From Cyanophora paradoxa CCMP329 (lineage: Eukaryota > Plantae > Glaucophyta): a stretch of 64,000 bases of DNA. The position numbers were made by a program, and so were the translations under genes. Below the pieces are notes generated by a model. It had not been told where the DNA came from, made no database searches, and saw nothing but the letters and a program-made list of their open reading frames with translations. Below, one piece after another: positions 25,605 to 38,207 of the stretch (its first letter is position 1; each line of letters begins with the position of its first letter). The stretch covers positions 310,001 through 374,000 of the forward strand of contig QPMI01000520.1 in assembly GCA_004431415.1 (NCBI GenBank), read 5' to 3'.

Positions 25605-26943
25605 ATGGACATCGTTGAGGCGCTTGCGAGCGAGGCAGATATCACCGTGCACGAAACTCGGTCAAGCAGCCTCCGGCATAAGCACCGAGACCGGTGCCGC
25701 GTGTCCCTGCCCCACTGCGGCTCGCATTTCGAATTCGACGTACGCCCAGCCTGCAATGCGCCTCCGCGTGCACGGCCGAACGCCGCGCAGGTGATTCTCA
25801 GCGCGAGCCGGCCGGAGCAGCCGCCGGACTTCGTCCTACCGGACGAGAAGGACGATTCCGAGTTCTCGCTGGATCTCGCCGCGCTGCCGGCCTACGACCC
25901 CGCCGACCGCGGCTCGCTGGCGCGGATCATCAGAGAGATCAGGGAGCTGTACGCGGTGCGATTCGCCTCGACACGGCGCCGGCACGAGGCGCGCCGCCGA
26001 TGGTGGCGCGCAGCGGCGGCAGCGGGAGCGGGCGATCGAGGCGGCGCGGGCCAACCCCGAGCTCGTCTTCTCCATGGAGGCGCACCTCGCCCACGTCCCC
26101 GTGCGCCCGCCGCCCCGGCCCGCGCCGCGCCGCCGGCGCCGGCCCGAGCGGGGCGCGCGGGGCGCGCAGGCGCGGAGTTCTCGGTAGGGGAGGAGCGGGT
26201 GCGGGTCTCGCTGCCGCTGGAGGTGGCGGACCCGGACGGGCCGCCCCGAGCCGCGCCCGCCTCCGCCTCCTCGCCACCTTCGACTCCCGCAAGGCGGGGG
26301 CGCGGGCCCCGAGGTCAGCCTCCGCGGCGCCGACGGGGCGGCCGCCGCGCCCGAGTGGGCCGCCGAGGTGCCCCTCCCCGCCTGGGGCTCCCTCTCCACG
26401 GCCTCCCTCGAGTACGTGCCGCGCGTGGCGGAGGCGCTGGAGGCGGCGGCGGCGGCGCTGCGGGCCGGCTCCGAGCAGCGCCGGGCCCTGGCCGAGGCGC
26501 TCGCCGCGACGCTGCCCTGCACGGGCCTGCTGGAGCACGGGCCCCGCTGGGGCCGCGCCGCCCTCCTCTCCCAGCGCACCCTGCCCCCCGGGGGCGGCCC
26601 CAAGGAGACCGTCCTCTTCGTCACGCACCTCGTCTTCAGCCCGAAGCACCCCATGCCCGAGGGGCCCGCCGTCACCGTCACGGCCGCCGGCGGGCGCATG
26701 GCGGCGGGGCCGCCGCCCCACCGGCGCCCGGCGCCCGTCGTGCGGAGCTTCGCGGGGAAGGACGTCCCGTTTAGCCCGCGCTGGAACGCCAACCTCCTCG
26801 CCGCCAAGCTCGCGTGCGCACCGGCCTGCCCCCGAGGGGCCTCCCCCCCCGCGCCCCGCGCCCCGCCTGAAGTGCGGGGCAGGGGCTGGCTGGAGGGGAC
26901 GGCGTTCCCCCAGGTCTGCAAGGCCTACGCCGAGGCCGAGTAG
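25605..26943 (+). CDS. BABAM2: BRISC/BRCA1-A complex subunit BRE (BRCC45)
   Basis: DRCRVSLPHCGSHFEFD|VILSASRPEQPPDFV...YDPADRGSLARIIREIRELY and C-terminal VPFSPRWNANLLA match recalled BRE UEV-domain motifs (DRFKLHIPY...YPELPPDF; PYSPRW). Confidence 0.8.
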
Positions 26944-27117
26944 CCGGCCAGCTCGCCGGCCCCAGAGGCGCCCCCTGTTGTGTTGTGTATTCAATTCAAT
27001 ATAGTCGTGCTTGCACGCGTGCACTGCGCGCATGCAAGTGCGTCCGCTCCCCCCCCCCCCCCCCCCCCCCGCACTCGAGGCGTCGACCTCAGCGACGGGA
27101 GCGGCTCGTGGTGGAAG

Positions 27118-28562
27118 TCAGGCGTCATCGCCGTCGGGGCGGTCGGGGTGGCGGCGCTGGAGGAGGTAGAGGACGGGGGCGGCGGGGACGTTGGGGAGGC
27201 GGTAGTTGGCCACGCCCCACTCGTGCCGGTCCAGCGCCCCGAGCGCCTCCTCCACCGCCGCCCCCTCCCGCGCCCCCTCCCCGTGCCCTGACCCCGCCCC
27301 GCTCAGCACCGAAGAAGAAGAGGGGAGAGGAGACGGGGCGCGGGGCGGACCGACGTAGCAGAGGATGGAGATCATGCCGCCTGCGCTCGGGCGGCTCTCC
27401 GGTGTGAATACCGGAAGGGGGCGCAGGGGGGGCCTGGGAGGGGCCCCCGCAGGCGCCAGCCGGGCTCGAGGGGCCGCGCACCGGGCTTGAGGAGGCGGCG
27501 GGCGCTGCGGATGGAGGCGAGCGTCGTCTCCGTCTTGGTGGTCCACTCCTTGGAGGAGCGGGGGAGCCAGCCTGGGGGCGTCCGAGGGGCTCGGGCGAGG
27601 GGGGCGGGGCGGGCGGGGGGGCGGGGGGCACCGAGGTTGTAGACGACGAGGGAGACGGTGTGCGGGGGGATGTCCTCCGGGAAGGCGCTGTGGCAGCCGA
27701 GCTGGAAGCGGAGGAGGCCCGAGTCCATCGCGGCGTCCAGGTCGAGGCCCAGGCCCAGCTCCCCCAGCGCCCCCGCCACCCGCCTCCGCGTGCTCACCAC
27801 CGCCTCCTCCGACACGTCGCACGCTGCCCCGCCCCCTCAGCTCAGCTGCGCCCCGCCGCGGCCGCGGCCGCAGCGGCAGCTGCAGGGCGCACCGAGCACG
27901 CTGCCCAGTGGTGTGTCCGGCGTCGCGGCAGGGAGCGCCTGCGCCTGGTAGCCTGCGGTCGCGCGGGCGGGTCAGGCGCGCCTCGGAGGGCCGATCGCGC
28001 GGGATTCCGGGCCGCTCAAGCGCGCCGCTGTCGCGGACGATGGTGCCGCGCTGGTCGCGCGGGGAGCGCCCCGTGACGAGGCCGAGCAGCTGCACCGTGT
28101 CGTGGCCGTTCCCGCAAGTGGCGTCGATCACGGTGTCCCCAGGGCGCACGCTCAGCTGCGGCCGCGGTGAGGCCCTGGGGCACGCGCGCGCGAGATCGGG
28201 CCCCGGACCTCCCAGAAATGGTGCGCCACGTCGTTCCAGCGCTGCAGATCGGGCGTGGAACCGAGCCAGGCTAGAGGGCCGCGCTTTCGCCTGCTGCTAG
28301 CGCCGCCTTGCGCCTGCTGCGCACGTGGCTTGGCCACCCGCGGCTGGAAGGTGCTAGTGCTCGCCTGCTGCGCCTGCTGCGCGCATGGCGCCGCTTCATG
28401 ATCGCCACGGCCGCTGCCCGCTGCGGAGGACTGCGTTCGCCGCACCGCCAGCGCGCCGCCGTGAAGCGCGCTGGCCGCCCAGCCGCAGCGAGCGGCGGCG
28501 TAGCGCGTTCGGCACGTCGCTGGGACCAGCGCTGCTAGCGCGAAGGAGCAGGATTTCTTCAT
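27118..28562 (-). CDS. YtqB/MnmM-like SAM-dependent RNA methyltransferase with organellar targeting-like N-terminus
   Basis: VAHHFWE|..RPGDTVIDATCGNGHDT, VVYNLG|WLP...TTKTETTLASI...LLKPGGMISILCYVGHGEGAREG..V: hallmark motifs of the rRNA_methylase/MnmM family. Arg/Ala-rich N-extension. Confidence 0.88.
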
Positions 28563-28744
28563 GCTGGCGCTCGGCCGATCGGATCGATCAGGCCTCCACT
28601 TGTAAGACGGTACCCGGCTGTCAAAAAAATTCTTCGTGATCCTCCCAGATCTCGATCCAGAACCCGCTCTATACCAGGTAGCTAGTTTCGCATAGCAAGC
28701 GTGGCGAGGACAGATGAGATACCATCGATAGCTGCAGCGCACAA

Positions 28745-30589
28745 ATGAAGCGCAAGTCGCACGAGCATCAACGCGAGCTAGCGCTGAGTGGCGCGGCACA
28801 GGGCCCGGGCGGAGAGCCGGTGCGGCTCGGCCCTTTTCGCGGGCGTCTCTGTCTTTTCAGGAATGCGCAACTGATCTCGCACGGACGCGCACGCAGCTCA
28901 CGCAGCGCCACCACCACAAGAAAGCGCACAAGAAAGTCGATCACTTCGGGACTCTCCCAGGTGAGCCGTCCGACTGTCCATGCCTTGATTCGGCATTTGC
29001 ACGATATACTTGTGACCTGACGACTACATGCTCGCCCGCAGACTCTGTGGTTCGCCCGCACCAAGCGACCGTCTGACCCTCCACCCATAACCGCTCTTTT
29101 TCACGCAGTTGTGCTGCATCTTCAGCTGCGTGGCAAATGACTCTTCTCTTTTAAGCCTTCGGCGGGTCTGCAGGCGCTTCCGCGACGTTGTCGAGGTACG
29201 CGTGCTCGGCGCTGCAATTTGATCGCCCCGATCCGACCCCTTTGCAGGGCTCTCTGGTGGAGTTGTGGAGGCACTTCGATCTGCCGCAGGCGACGCGCGC
29301 GGCGGATGGTGCGGGGCGGGCGCGGCGGGCTCTGCAGGCGGTGGAGGCGGCGCGGCGGGCCGCCGGCCTGGCCTCGGCCGACCTCCCGCCCGACCCCGAC
29401 TGGCTCGCCGCCGCCGTGCGCGGCGCCTGCCTCGTCCCCCAGCGAGCGCGTGCGCGGCTGACGCCGGGGCCGACAGTTCCTGTCGGCGCGGACGTGGCCG
29501 GAGCTGACGCGGCTGCGCATGGCGGTGGACGGGAGCAGCGCGCTGGACCTGGCGCTCGCGCAGTGCCCGCGGCTGCGCTCGCTGCACCTGACCACGCGGG
29601 CCGGCCTGCGCGAGGACGTCGAGCTCGACTCGCGCCTCGCCGCCCTCGCGCCCCTCGCCGACCTCGCCCTCGACGGCGGTGCCTCCCCGCTCGCCCCCCG
29701 GCCCGCCCCCGCGCCCCCTCGGCTTCGGCCTGATTTGATCCGCGCAGAGTTCTCGCTGCAGGCGGGGGACCTGGGGGCGCTGCTGCGGGCGGCCCCCGGG
29801 CTGCGGAGCCTCTGCCTGCACGGCCTGGTCCTCTGGGAGGCGGCGGGGCCGGGCCTGAACACCCTCGCGGCGCCCCTCAGCCTCGCCGCGCTGGGCCCGC
29901 TCCCCTTCGCCTCGACCCTCGAGGAGCTCCGCATCTCCTTCGACACCGCCCGCCAGGGCGAGCAGGTCCGCGCGCCCCCCTCCCCCGCCTTGCCTCCCTC
30001 ACGAGCCTCGCAGTGGCTGGCGCTGGAGCCCGGGACGCTGGGCGTGCTCGGCGCAATGCCCCGCCTCCGCCGCCTCGCCATCGCGGGGGCCGAGGGCGCC
30101 GGCGACGGCGCCTGGGGCCTCCCCCCGCCCGGCTCCTTCCCCGCGCTGGCGCGGCTGGAGGTGCGGACGCGGGGGGCGCGGGAGGCGCTGGACGGGGCGT
30201 GGCTGAAGGCGCTGCTGCGGGGGCGCGGGGGCGCGCTGCGGGGGGTCGCCCTGGTGGCGAGCAACGTGGACGGGGAGGCGCTGGGGCTGCTGGCGGGGGC
30301 GGCCCTGGAGGAGCTCGAGCTCGGGGCCTCGCCGCACGTCGACGACGCCGCCGTCTCCCTCCTCCTCCTCGGCGTCCCCGCCCTCCGCACCCTCCTCCTC
30401 CTCGGCGTCCCCGCCCGCCCCGGCGGCCCCTGGCTCGGCCTCCTCGCCGACCGCTGCCCCCGCCTGGCCCGCCTGGAGGTGCGGCCGGCGTGGCGGGAGG
30501 CGGACCCGCTGGCGGCGCGGGCCCCCGAGGAGGCCATCTCCCGCCTCCGCTCCCGCGGCGTCGCCGTCTCCCTGCTCCCCTCCCTCTGA
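28745..30589 (+). CDS. F-box/LRR (RNI-like) protein
   Basis: F-box assembled across a microexon: HFGTLP|DSV|LCCIFSCV...LSLRRVCRRFRDVVE. LRR-like units follow (CPRLRSLHL, PGLRSLCL, LEELRI, CPRLARLEV). Confidence 0.8.
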
Positions 30590-31252
30590 CCCCGCCCCCG
30601 CCCCGCCCCGCCGCCCCCACCCCCGACGAGAGCCGCCCACGCCCCCAGGGGCCCCCGCGCCCCCGTCCTCCCTCTTTCCGATCCTTGCAGCGCGCCCATC
30701 GAGATCTGCCGTGCCCCGTTCACGTTTGCGTGTCCGTCCCTTCACAAACCTTCACCGCCCCATTCTTGCTCTCCGTCGAGGCTAGTTTTTCGCGAACATT
30801 CAGATCCCCGTTCAGCCGATTTCAGCGGCTCGGAGGATCCGCTCAGTGCTCTAATTTCAAGCAGTCCAGGCTTGCAAATTGACTAGTATACGTAGGCCCA
30901 GGCTTTTTTTCATTCGGTGCTATAGCCTCGGGGTTCCTTTTCCATGCAGGCCCCGCCTTGTACAACGGTAGCCTGGTGCGGGCCTTGCGCAGGGGAGGGT
31001 GTAAAGTTTCGCTTGCAGTCCCCCGTCCGGGCCGCCCGTCCGACTCCGGGCTGGGCGGCTGTGCTGTCGGGTTTAGTGTAAAGATAACTTGGTTACTTGA
31101 CTTAAGCTTAGTGAGTTAGTAACGTTGATGATGAGCTATCAAGTTACTGAGTTTCGAGTGAAGATTAGGCATACGTACTAAGGTACCGGTGACACGGTAC
31201 CGTATACGTAGTGCCGGGTTTAAATTCGATCATAAGCTGCAGCTGTACATGT

Positions 31253-31440
31253 TGGCGTGGCGGCGTCACGGCGGGTTTCAAAGCTTGCAGGTCGTGCTAC
31301 GACCTCCCGGATTCCCGGGTTCGGTTCCTGCTGTTTCCGCTACGTTGTACTTCGAATCCCTGTGATTCCCGATACCGTGACTTGTATCCTCGTTGTGTAC
31401 TACGAGTGGGCACGCCCACCGTAGATCTTTAAAAAAAAAA
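31253..31440 (+). mobile_element. Degenerate tRNA-derived SINE-like element (long-variable-arm tRNA head plus A10 tail)
   Basis: A-box-like TGGCGTGGCGG (31253), B-box-like GGTTCGGTTCC (31318), consecutive hairpins in tRNA order, poly(A) at 31431-31440. No clear TSD and a poor acceptor stem. Confidence 0.4.
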
Positions 31441-31741
31441 GTGATTTATATTAATATATATAATTAGTGAATTAAAGCCTTTGAAAGTGGCACCGTCACT
31501 GAGTCACGGCGTGGCACTGCCGCAGTGCGGCAGTGCGAGAAGCCGCGGCGGCGCGGCGGCCGGGCCGCGGCCGGGGTGCCAGGTGGGGCATCCCGCTGAG
31601 CAGGCCCTTATTTGGTGTCGACCGTGGCACTCAAGCCGCAAGCTGGCAATCATGATTCATTGTAATAAATCCGATGATCCGATGATCATGATCATGAGTC
31701 ATCAGCTCTTCAAAATCTCGAGCGACCGTGAGCGCCGAGCG

Positions 31742-33464
31742 TCAAGTGGGGGCCCGGGGCAAGGCGAGGAGGACGCCGCGGGCGCGGAGGGCGGCGAGGG
31801 CGGCGGGGGCGGCGGCGGGGCTCCCGGGCCCCTCGAGCTCCTCCTCGACGCGGCGGAGGCGGAGGAAGCGAAGGGCGGGGAGCTCGGGGGCGGCGAGGGC
31901 GGCGAGCAGCGGGCCCAGGGCGCCCCCCTGCACGCACCCCACCGTGAGGGACGCCAGCGAGGCCGGCAGCCGCGGCAGCCGCCCCGCCAGCTCCCCGCAC
32001 TCCACCTGCCCCACGCGCGCCCCCGCGGCGCACACGGGCGCGAGGCAGTCGCCGGAGGCGACGGAGAGGCGGGCGGCGCCGGCGGCGAGGGCGGCGGAGG
32101 CGAGGGCCGGGCGGCGGGGCCGGGGGCCCGGCGAGCTCGAAGGAGCGGAGGGAGGTGCAGCGGGGCAGGGCGGCGAGGAGGCGGGCGAGGGGCGGGGCGG
32201 CGGCCTCGGCGGCGACGCGCCAGGCGAGCGCGCGGAGCTGCGGCGCGAGGCGCTCGACGAGGCCGGCCGCCCACTCGGCGAAGGGGCCCGGGGCGGGGGG
32301 CGGGGGTGCGGCGGCGGGGCGGGCCTCGAGGGCGAGGGAGCGGAGGCGGGGCAGCTCGCGGGGGCCGAGGGGCGGGAGGGGCCCCTCGGCGAAGGGCCGC
32401 GGGGGCGGGTCGAGGTCGAGGGCGCCCCGCAGGGCGACGCAGGCGAGGGCCTCGAGGCGGGGCAGGCCGGCGAGGGCGGCGAGGGAGGGCCCCAGCACGG
32501 CCGGCGCCGCGTGCGCCGGCTCGTGGGCCCCCGGGTCGAGCCGCAGGGCGGCGATGCGCGGCGAGAGGCGGCAGCGCTCGATGCCGGAGAGGTCCAGCAG
32601 GCGCTCCCGCCCCCGCTCGCCGCGGCTCCAGCACGCCTCGAGCTCGAGCTCCAGGCCGGGGCCGCCGTCGTCGGGGAGGGGCCCGCCGGGGGGGCCGGGC
32701 GGGCCCAGGAGGGCCTCCCAGGAGGAGAGGCGGGCCCCGTAGAGGGAGAGGCGGGCGAGGCGCGGCGAGGCGGCGGCGAGGGCCCCCGCCCCGCCCGTCG
32801 CATCCCCCGAGAGGGCCCGCGGGCAGGAGACCGAGAGCGAGCTGCGCGGCGCTTGCAGCTGAGCCGGCGCTCGAAGGCCCGGGCGGGGCGCGCGTGGCGG
32901 GGCCGGCGGACCGGAGGCCGGTGAGGCGCTGGGCGGCGGCCTCGAGCTCCCACCCGTGCTTGTCGCTCACGAGGAGCTCCTCGAGCAGGGCGGGGCGCGG
33001 GAGCCCGCCGACGAGCCGCACGAAGTCCGCCGTCGCGAAGTGGTGGCGCAGCCGCCGCACCTGCGCCCGCCCCGCCCCCAGCTCGCACGGAGAGCGCGCG
33101 GCCGCAGCGCCGGCGCCGGCGCCGGGCGGGACCGACAGCGCACCCGAGAGAGCGAGGCGGCGCGCGCGGTGACGAGGTCGCTGAGGGCACCGCTCGACGA
33201 GGACGCATAGAGCACCAGGCCGGTGACGAGCGAGGCGGGGCCGCCCGCCGCGTCCACCACGCCGCGCAGCCGGCGGCACACGAGGCGCAGCGCGCAGAGC
33301 CGGGCCAGATCCGCGACCTCTGCGCGCAGCGATGCGCGTTGGCGAGCGCTGCAGGGCGTGCGGCCCCAGAGCCGCCCGACCGCGCGCGCACCCGACACGG
33401 CGTCGCCGAGGCGCTCAAGGACGCACACGAGGCACTCGTCGGGCAGTCCCAGCAGCGTGTCCAT
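31742..33464 (-). CDS. F-box/LRR protein
   Basis: MDTLLGLPDECLVCVLERLG...LCALRLVCRRLRGVV (F-box), LRR-like LPRLEALAC, LPRLRSLAL, LPALRFLRL. C-terminus ALRARGVLLALP resembles that of the neighbouring F-box gene. Confidence 0.78.
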
Positions 33465-33804
33465 CGCGACCAGCCGCTGAGCTAAAGCTTCCTTCCACGC
33501 GTTTGTCAATTGCAAGTCTGCATTTCACCCTTGTGCCCCTCGTCCCCTTCTGTACCCCTCGCTTCCGTCGTGTCCCCCTGCCCAGTTCTCTTCTGCTGTG
33601 TAGCCCCGCGCGTCAGCCGCTTCCTCCCTGGATCTCCCGGTCGGAAAGCGCGGTGTGGATTGAAAGAGAAGGCGGCGCAGGAAGGGGGAGGCCTGGGGCG
33701 ACGGAGGGGAAGGCGGGGGCGGGGCGGAGAGGCGGGGTGCCCGCGCGGAGGGGCGGGAGGAGGGGCGGGGGGAGGAGCGGGGCGGGAGGGCAGGCTGGAG
33801 GTGG

Positions 33805-36290
33805 TTACACGGCGACGAGCTTGCCGCGGGAGGCCGGGGAGGGGGAGGGCTGGGCGAGGAGGCGGGCAGGGATGGAGTTGGCCTCGGTCTGGGCGAGCTC
33901 GACGCTATCCTTGCCCTCCATCAGCTTCAGGAAGGCCGCCACGTCCCCGCAGAAGCTCCGCGAGTTGTGCACCGTCGTGCCCCCCAGCACGATGCGCACC
34001 CCCTGCGTGTTGGCGTTCAGCTGGCTCACCGCCCGCGCCTCCTCCAGCGTGATGCCCCCCATCACGAACACGATCACGTCCTGCACCCTGCGCCCCGCGC
34101 CCGCCGGCGGGGGTCAGGGGAAGGCGGGCAGGGGCGGGTGGGAGGGGGCGGGGGCACCGGTTGGCCGGGGGCGGGGGCACGGAGTTGGCGGACTGGGCGA
34201 GGGGGAAGGTCTGCTCCCGGAGCTTGCCCTTCATGAGCTCCTGGAGGGTGCTGAAGAGGACGGGCTGGTGCTGCGTGTACACGTTCGCCACCCCCCGCAG
34301 GCCCCGCTGCACCTTCTCCAGCTGCGCCTTCAGCGACGTCTTGTTCTGGTACAGCTCCCCCGCCTTGAGCGCCGCGTCGGCGTAGCGCACGACGCCGTCC
34401 ACGAGCTGCAGCTTGTCCGCCGGCAGGCGCGGGTCCCGGTCGGCCTGCAGCTGGGGCCAGCGGGCGTCCGCCGCCAGCACCTGGCACAGCCGCTGCACCT
34501 GCGACTGCGCGTGCCCGTGGTACCGCAGCGCGTACAGCATCACCTGCCCCGGCCCCCGGCCCCCGAGGCCCACGCGGGTCAGCGTCGGGCGGGGAGGCCG
34601 GCGGGGGGCGGGCGGGCGCACGAGGCGGAGCTTGTCCCAGGGGTCGATCTTGGGCTGGGCGAGCAGCTCGGAGACGCGCTGGGCGGCCGAGTTGTGGTTC
34701 TCCTGGCAGGCGAGCTCCTGCTCGACCTCGGAGCAGTCCAGCAGGCAGCGCGCGTCCACCAGCCGCGAGAGCTCCCCGATGAGCGCCACGTGCTGCGGCC
34801 CCGTGAGCAAGCGAGGCCGCTCGAGGGGCGGGGCGGCGCGGCGGCGCGCCTTGGAGACGGAGCCCGAGAGCTTCTTGAACTCGGGGTAGTCCTCCACGAA
34901 CTTCTGCATGTCCGCTGCCGGCGCGGCGCGGCGCGGGGCCGCCTCAGCCGGCCCGAGGCGGGGAGGAGGCACGGGGGCGGCGGGGGCAGCGGGGCGGGAC
35001 GGACCGATGGACTCGACCTTCTGGTGGCGCTTGGTCTTCTTCTGGTACTCGTCGACCATGCCCTTGACGCTCGCGCCGAGGTCGCCGAAGGTGACGTGCA
35101 GGTTCTCGCGGTAGAACTGGTCCTGGATGGGCGAGAGGACGACCTCCTCCAGCTCCTTCTTCACCCCCGGGACCCCCGCCAGCCGCACCCGGTTGTTCTT
35201 CACCCCCAGCAGCTCGTGCACCATCGCCTGGTACGTCCACTGGTTCAGCAGCGGCGTCACCTGCCGCCCCGCCCCGCCCCCGCCCGGTCGCCCCCCGCCG
35301 CGCCACGCGCCGCTCCGGGGCGCGCGGGGGCCGGCGGGCGCACGGGATCGTCGCGGCGGTCGAGGAGCAGGAGGAGGGGCGGAACGTCCGCCTTCCTAAA
35401 GTCGAACAGCGCCCGCTCCTCCTCCATGCGCACCTGCCACGCCCGTCAGAGGCCGTCGCCCCGCGCAGCGCGCCCGGCCGCGGGAGTCGCGGACCATGAT
35501 GTCGTTGGCGAGCTTGCGGCAGAGCTGCGACGAGTGCTGGTACCGAACGACCGGCTTCTTCTTCAGTGACAGCAGACACGCCGTCAGCCCGTCGCAGATG
35601 CGCTGGAAGACTGCCGGCCGGGTCAGCGAAGCGCCGCATCGGAGCGCGGCTGGGCGCACCAAGCTCGTCCCAGTTGGGCGGCAGGAGGCACACACATGAG
35701 TCGATGTTGAGCGTGAACGTATCCACGTTCACAGCGTAGTAGTCCGCGTACAGCTCCTGCGCGCCGCGGGTGGGCGGCGCGGGGGCGGGACGGAAGGGCG
35801 GCGGCTCGCCTGCACGTGCTTTACGACCTCCTGCTCGTCGGCCTCGGCTAGCTGCTCGATATAAGACGTGCGAAGGATGTTGGAGAAGTCTGCAGTGGGT
35901 TAGCTAGAAAGCGCGCGTCAAGTCCGGGCAGGCGCGGGGCGCACAGAGGTGGTATTCGCCGTAGCGCGGGTCCTTCAGCTCCTCAACGAGAAGAGCGATG
36001 TTGTCCGAGGTGGGGCGGAGGAAGCACACGGCCTTCAAATGAAGCATCTTTTCGCGGCCGCGCCTGGACAAGTACTCGACGAGGAAAACCTCTTTCTGCA
36101 GGATCTGCGATTGACTGTACACCATGCTCACAATGCCGGTCTGCGATGCGCCGCGCGCGTCAGCGAGCGAGCGCCGCTGGTGCTCTCCAGCGAGTCGCAC
36201 CGTTTCCGTGTCGAGGAGCAGGACCTTCATTCCAGGAATGTCGGATACCATTCGATTGATGTAGTCTTGAACAGCTGTGACTACATTCAT
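33805..36290 (-). CDS. VPS45: Sec1/Munc18 family protein VPS45 (alternative start at 36323)
   Basis: [15 protein letters not shown]...[11 protein letters not shown]|[22 protein letters not shown]...[64 protein letters not shown]. Confidence 0.96.
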
Positions 36291-36467
36291 CCCCGCAGGG
36301 CTGCTCGACCCGACGAGCGCCATGGCGGCTTCAGAGCGGGCTGAAGCTTTGCGTTCCGACTCGAAGACCGGCTTCGATTTCTTGAAAGCGAGACGGCAGC
36401 GGCAGCACTTGCTAGCCGCTAGCGATTTGCACGGGTACAGGGTTCGGAGTCTAGCGGAGGCCGAGAG

Positions 36468-37047
36468 ATGTCGGGCCCTTCTGTCCGCAATTTGGCCTTG
36501 GCGTTCGGCCGGAGTGTTCGGGGCGTTAGGCCCGCGCCCCTGCGCGGCGGCGCTGTCACGCCCGTCCGGCCACACAAAGGCCCCGACGGCCCCGTGCGCT
36601 CCATGCCTCCTTCTATGCACAGCACACTGGATTGACCCGCCGCAGATCCCCGAGGAGTTCGAGCTCACGTGGGACGACGGCGCGAATCCCGAGTTCCTGC
36701 TGGACGAGTATCAGTATGGCATCGGGAAGTACGAGGCGCTGATGACGCTGCTCGGCGTTTTCGGCGGTATGGTCGGTCTCTGGCAGGTCGCCACATGGTG
36801 GGATGCGCCGTCTCGCCGGCCGACCATCCAGCGCGACCGCTCCGTCCTTCCTCCCCTGGGTGCGCTCTCCCCAACTGTGAATGCGCCTATTCGTCGTAGC
36901 TTAGAGTTTAGCCCCGCCTCCGCAACCCCGCCGCGGTGCTAGAGCCCCTGCCGCTCCGTTGCGTGCTCATGGCCCAATCCCATCTGACGTGGCTCCGCAG
37001 ATCTGGACCACCTTGTCGCGAAGGCGCCCGGCCTCGGTAGCCAATAG
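36468..37047 (+). CDS. NDUFB8: Mitochondrial complex I subunit NDUFB8 (ASHI)-like; 3' exons approximate
   Basis: Arg-rich presequence ending [36 protein letters not shown] plus a TM helix resembles recalled plant NDUFB8 (ELIWDNG..PEPCID...GKYEAL). Confidence 0.72.
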
Positions 37048-37278
37048 GCGGCGTATCCTGCCCGCTCTCAGCTTCCGTAGGTCTTCCATACAATCTTTTG
37101 ACCCGCGCACCGGTGCTACAGCAAGCAGCGGTCTGTGTTTGTACATCACTGACATAATTCAATCCTCTGTTACGTATCAGCCTTCACAACGCTGGCTTTA
37201 CCTCGTCATCCCGACCGTTTGCGGGCGTGGGGCGTCCCCGCGCTTGGCACGCCTTCTCTTCAGGCTTGGCAAACCGCA

Positions 37279-38207
37279 CTAGCACGTGTCCTGTCCTAAT
37301 GCCGCCCCGCGCGAGCCCGGCCCCGAGTCCACGTGCGTGTTCACCAGCAGCGCCGCCCCGCTGCCGCCCGGCGTGAGCCGCCCCGCCCCTGCCTCCCCGA
37401 GGGGCGCCGCGGTCGCCCCGACCTGGAGCGCGGGGAGCGGATGCGGGCCGCGAGGATCGGGATGTTCGTGTAGTGGTTGACCAGGTCCGAGCTGCTCGCC
37501 CCCGCGCCCCGCCGCGCCCCGGTTGGCGGCGCCGGCGTCGCACTCCCGCGCGCGCGGCGCTCACCGGACGAAGCGCTGCAGGTGGAACGACCCGGAGCCG
37601 TAGGTCAACGAAACCTCCAGCTGCTCCGCGCGTGAGTACGAGCGCAGAGCGCCGCGCAACGGGCGGGCGCGCGCGCGAGTCACCTTGAAGCCGTTAACGG
37701 CGTTCAGCGATTCCAGGGCGGACTTGACGTACGATATCGAGCGGTTGAACGCCGCAGTAAAGGGCAGCCGCTCGTGGTTGAGCGCTCTGCGCGACGGCCG
37801 CGATCAGGGCGAGCGCTCGACGCCGAACTCAGGCGAGCGACGTCGACCGGGGGATAGGGCGGAGGGCTCCGATCGACGCGACTCGCTCGCGGAGCGCACC
37901 TTAGATGGGGCAGAGCTCGCGCCTCCGAGAAGAGGCGATCGAAAGCCGATGCGGGCGCGGGCGTTGGGGTCGTCTCCGCGATTCGATGGCACAGCACGAC
38001 GGCTGTCACTAAGGCGGCGAGGAATAGAAGAACGGGAAGAGTGGTCGAGAAGCTAATCGGCTTCTGCGGTTCGTAACGCGCGTGGGCCTGCTGCGCATTT
38101 CTTCGATAGTACTCTGCAAGCGCGGCGTCATACTTGAGTGTAGCTTTTGTAGGACCTTTCTGTGTCGCTTGCGCATGCGCGCCCTGCTGCTTGCTGCGGC
38201 GCTTCAT
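37279..38207 (-). pseudogene. Truncated ERMP1-like (M28 peptidase) gene, N-terminal part only
   Basis: TM helix, FSEARALPHLR|ALNHERLP, GSGSF...YTNIPILAARI, ALLVNTHVDSGPGSRGA, then a stop before the DD zinc ligands. No room for the rest before the NDUFB8 3' end. Confidence 0.7.

Noticed and set aside
2700-36000. Numerous long Arg/Pro/Gly/Ala-rich ORFs in the ORF track
   Set aside because: They are shadow frames caused by very high GC and the antisense of real spliced genes, with no domain motifs.
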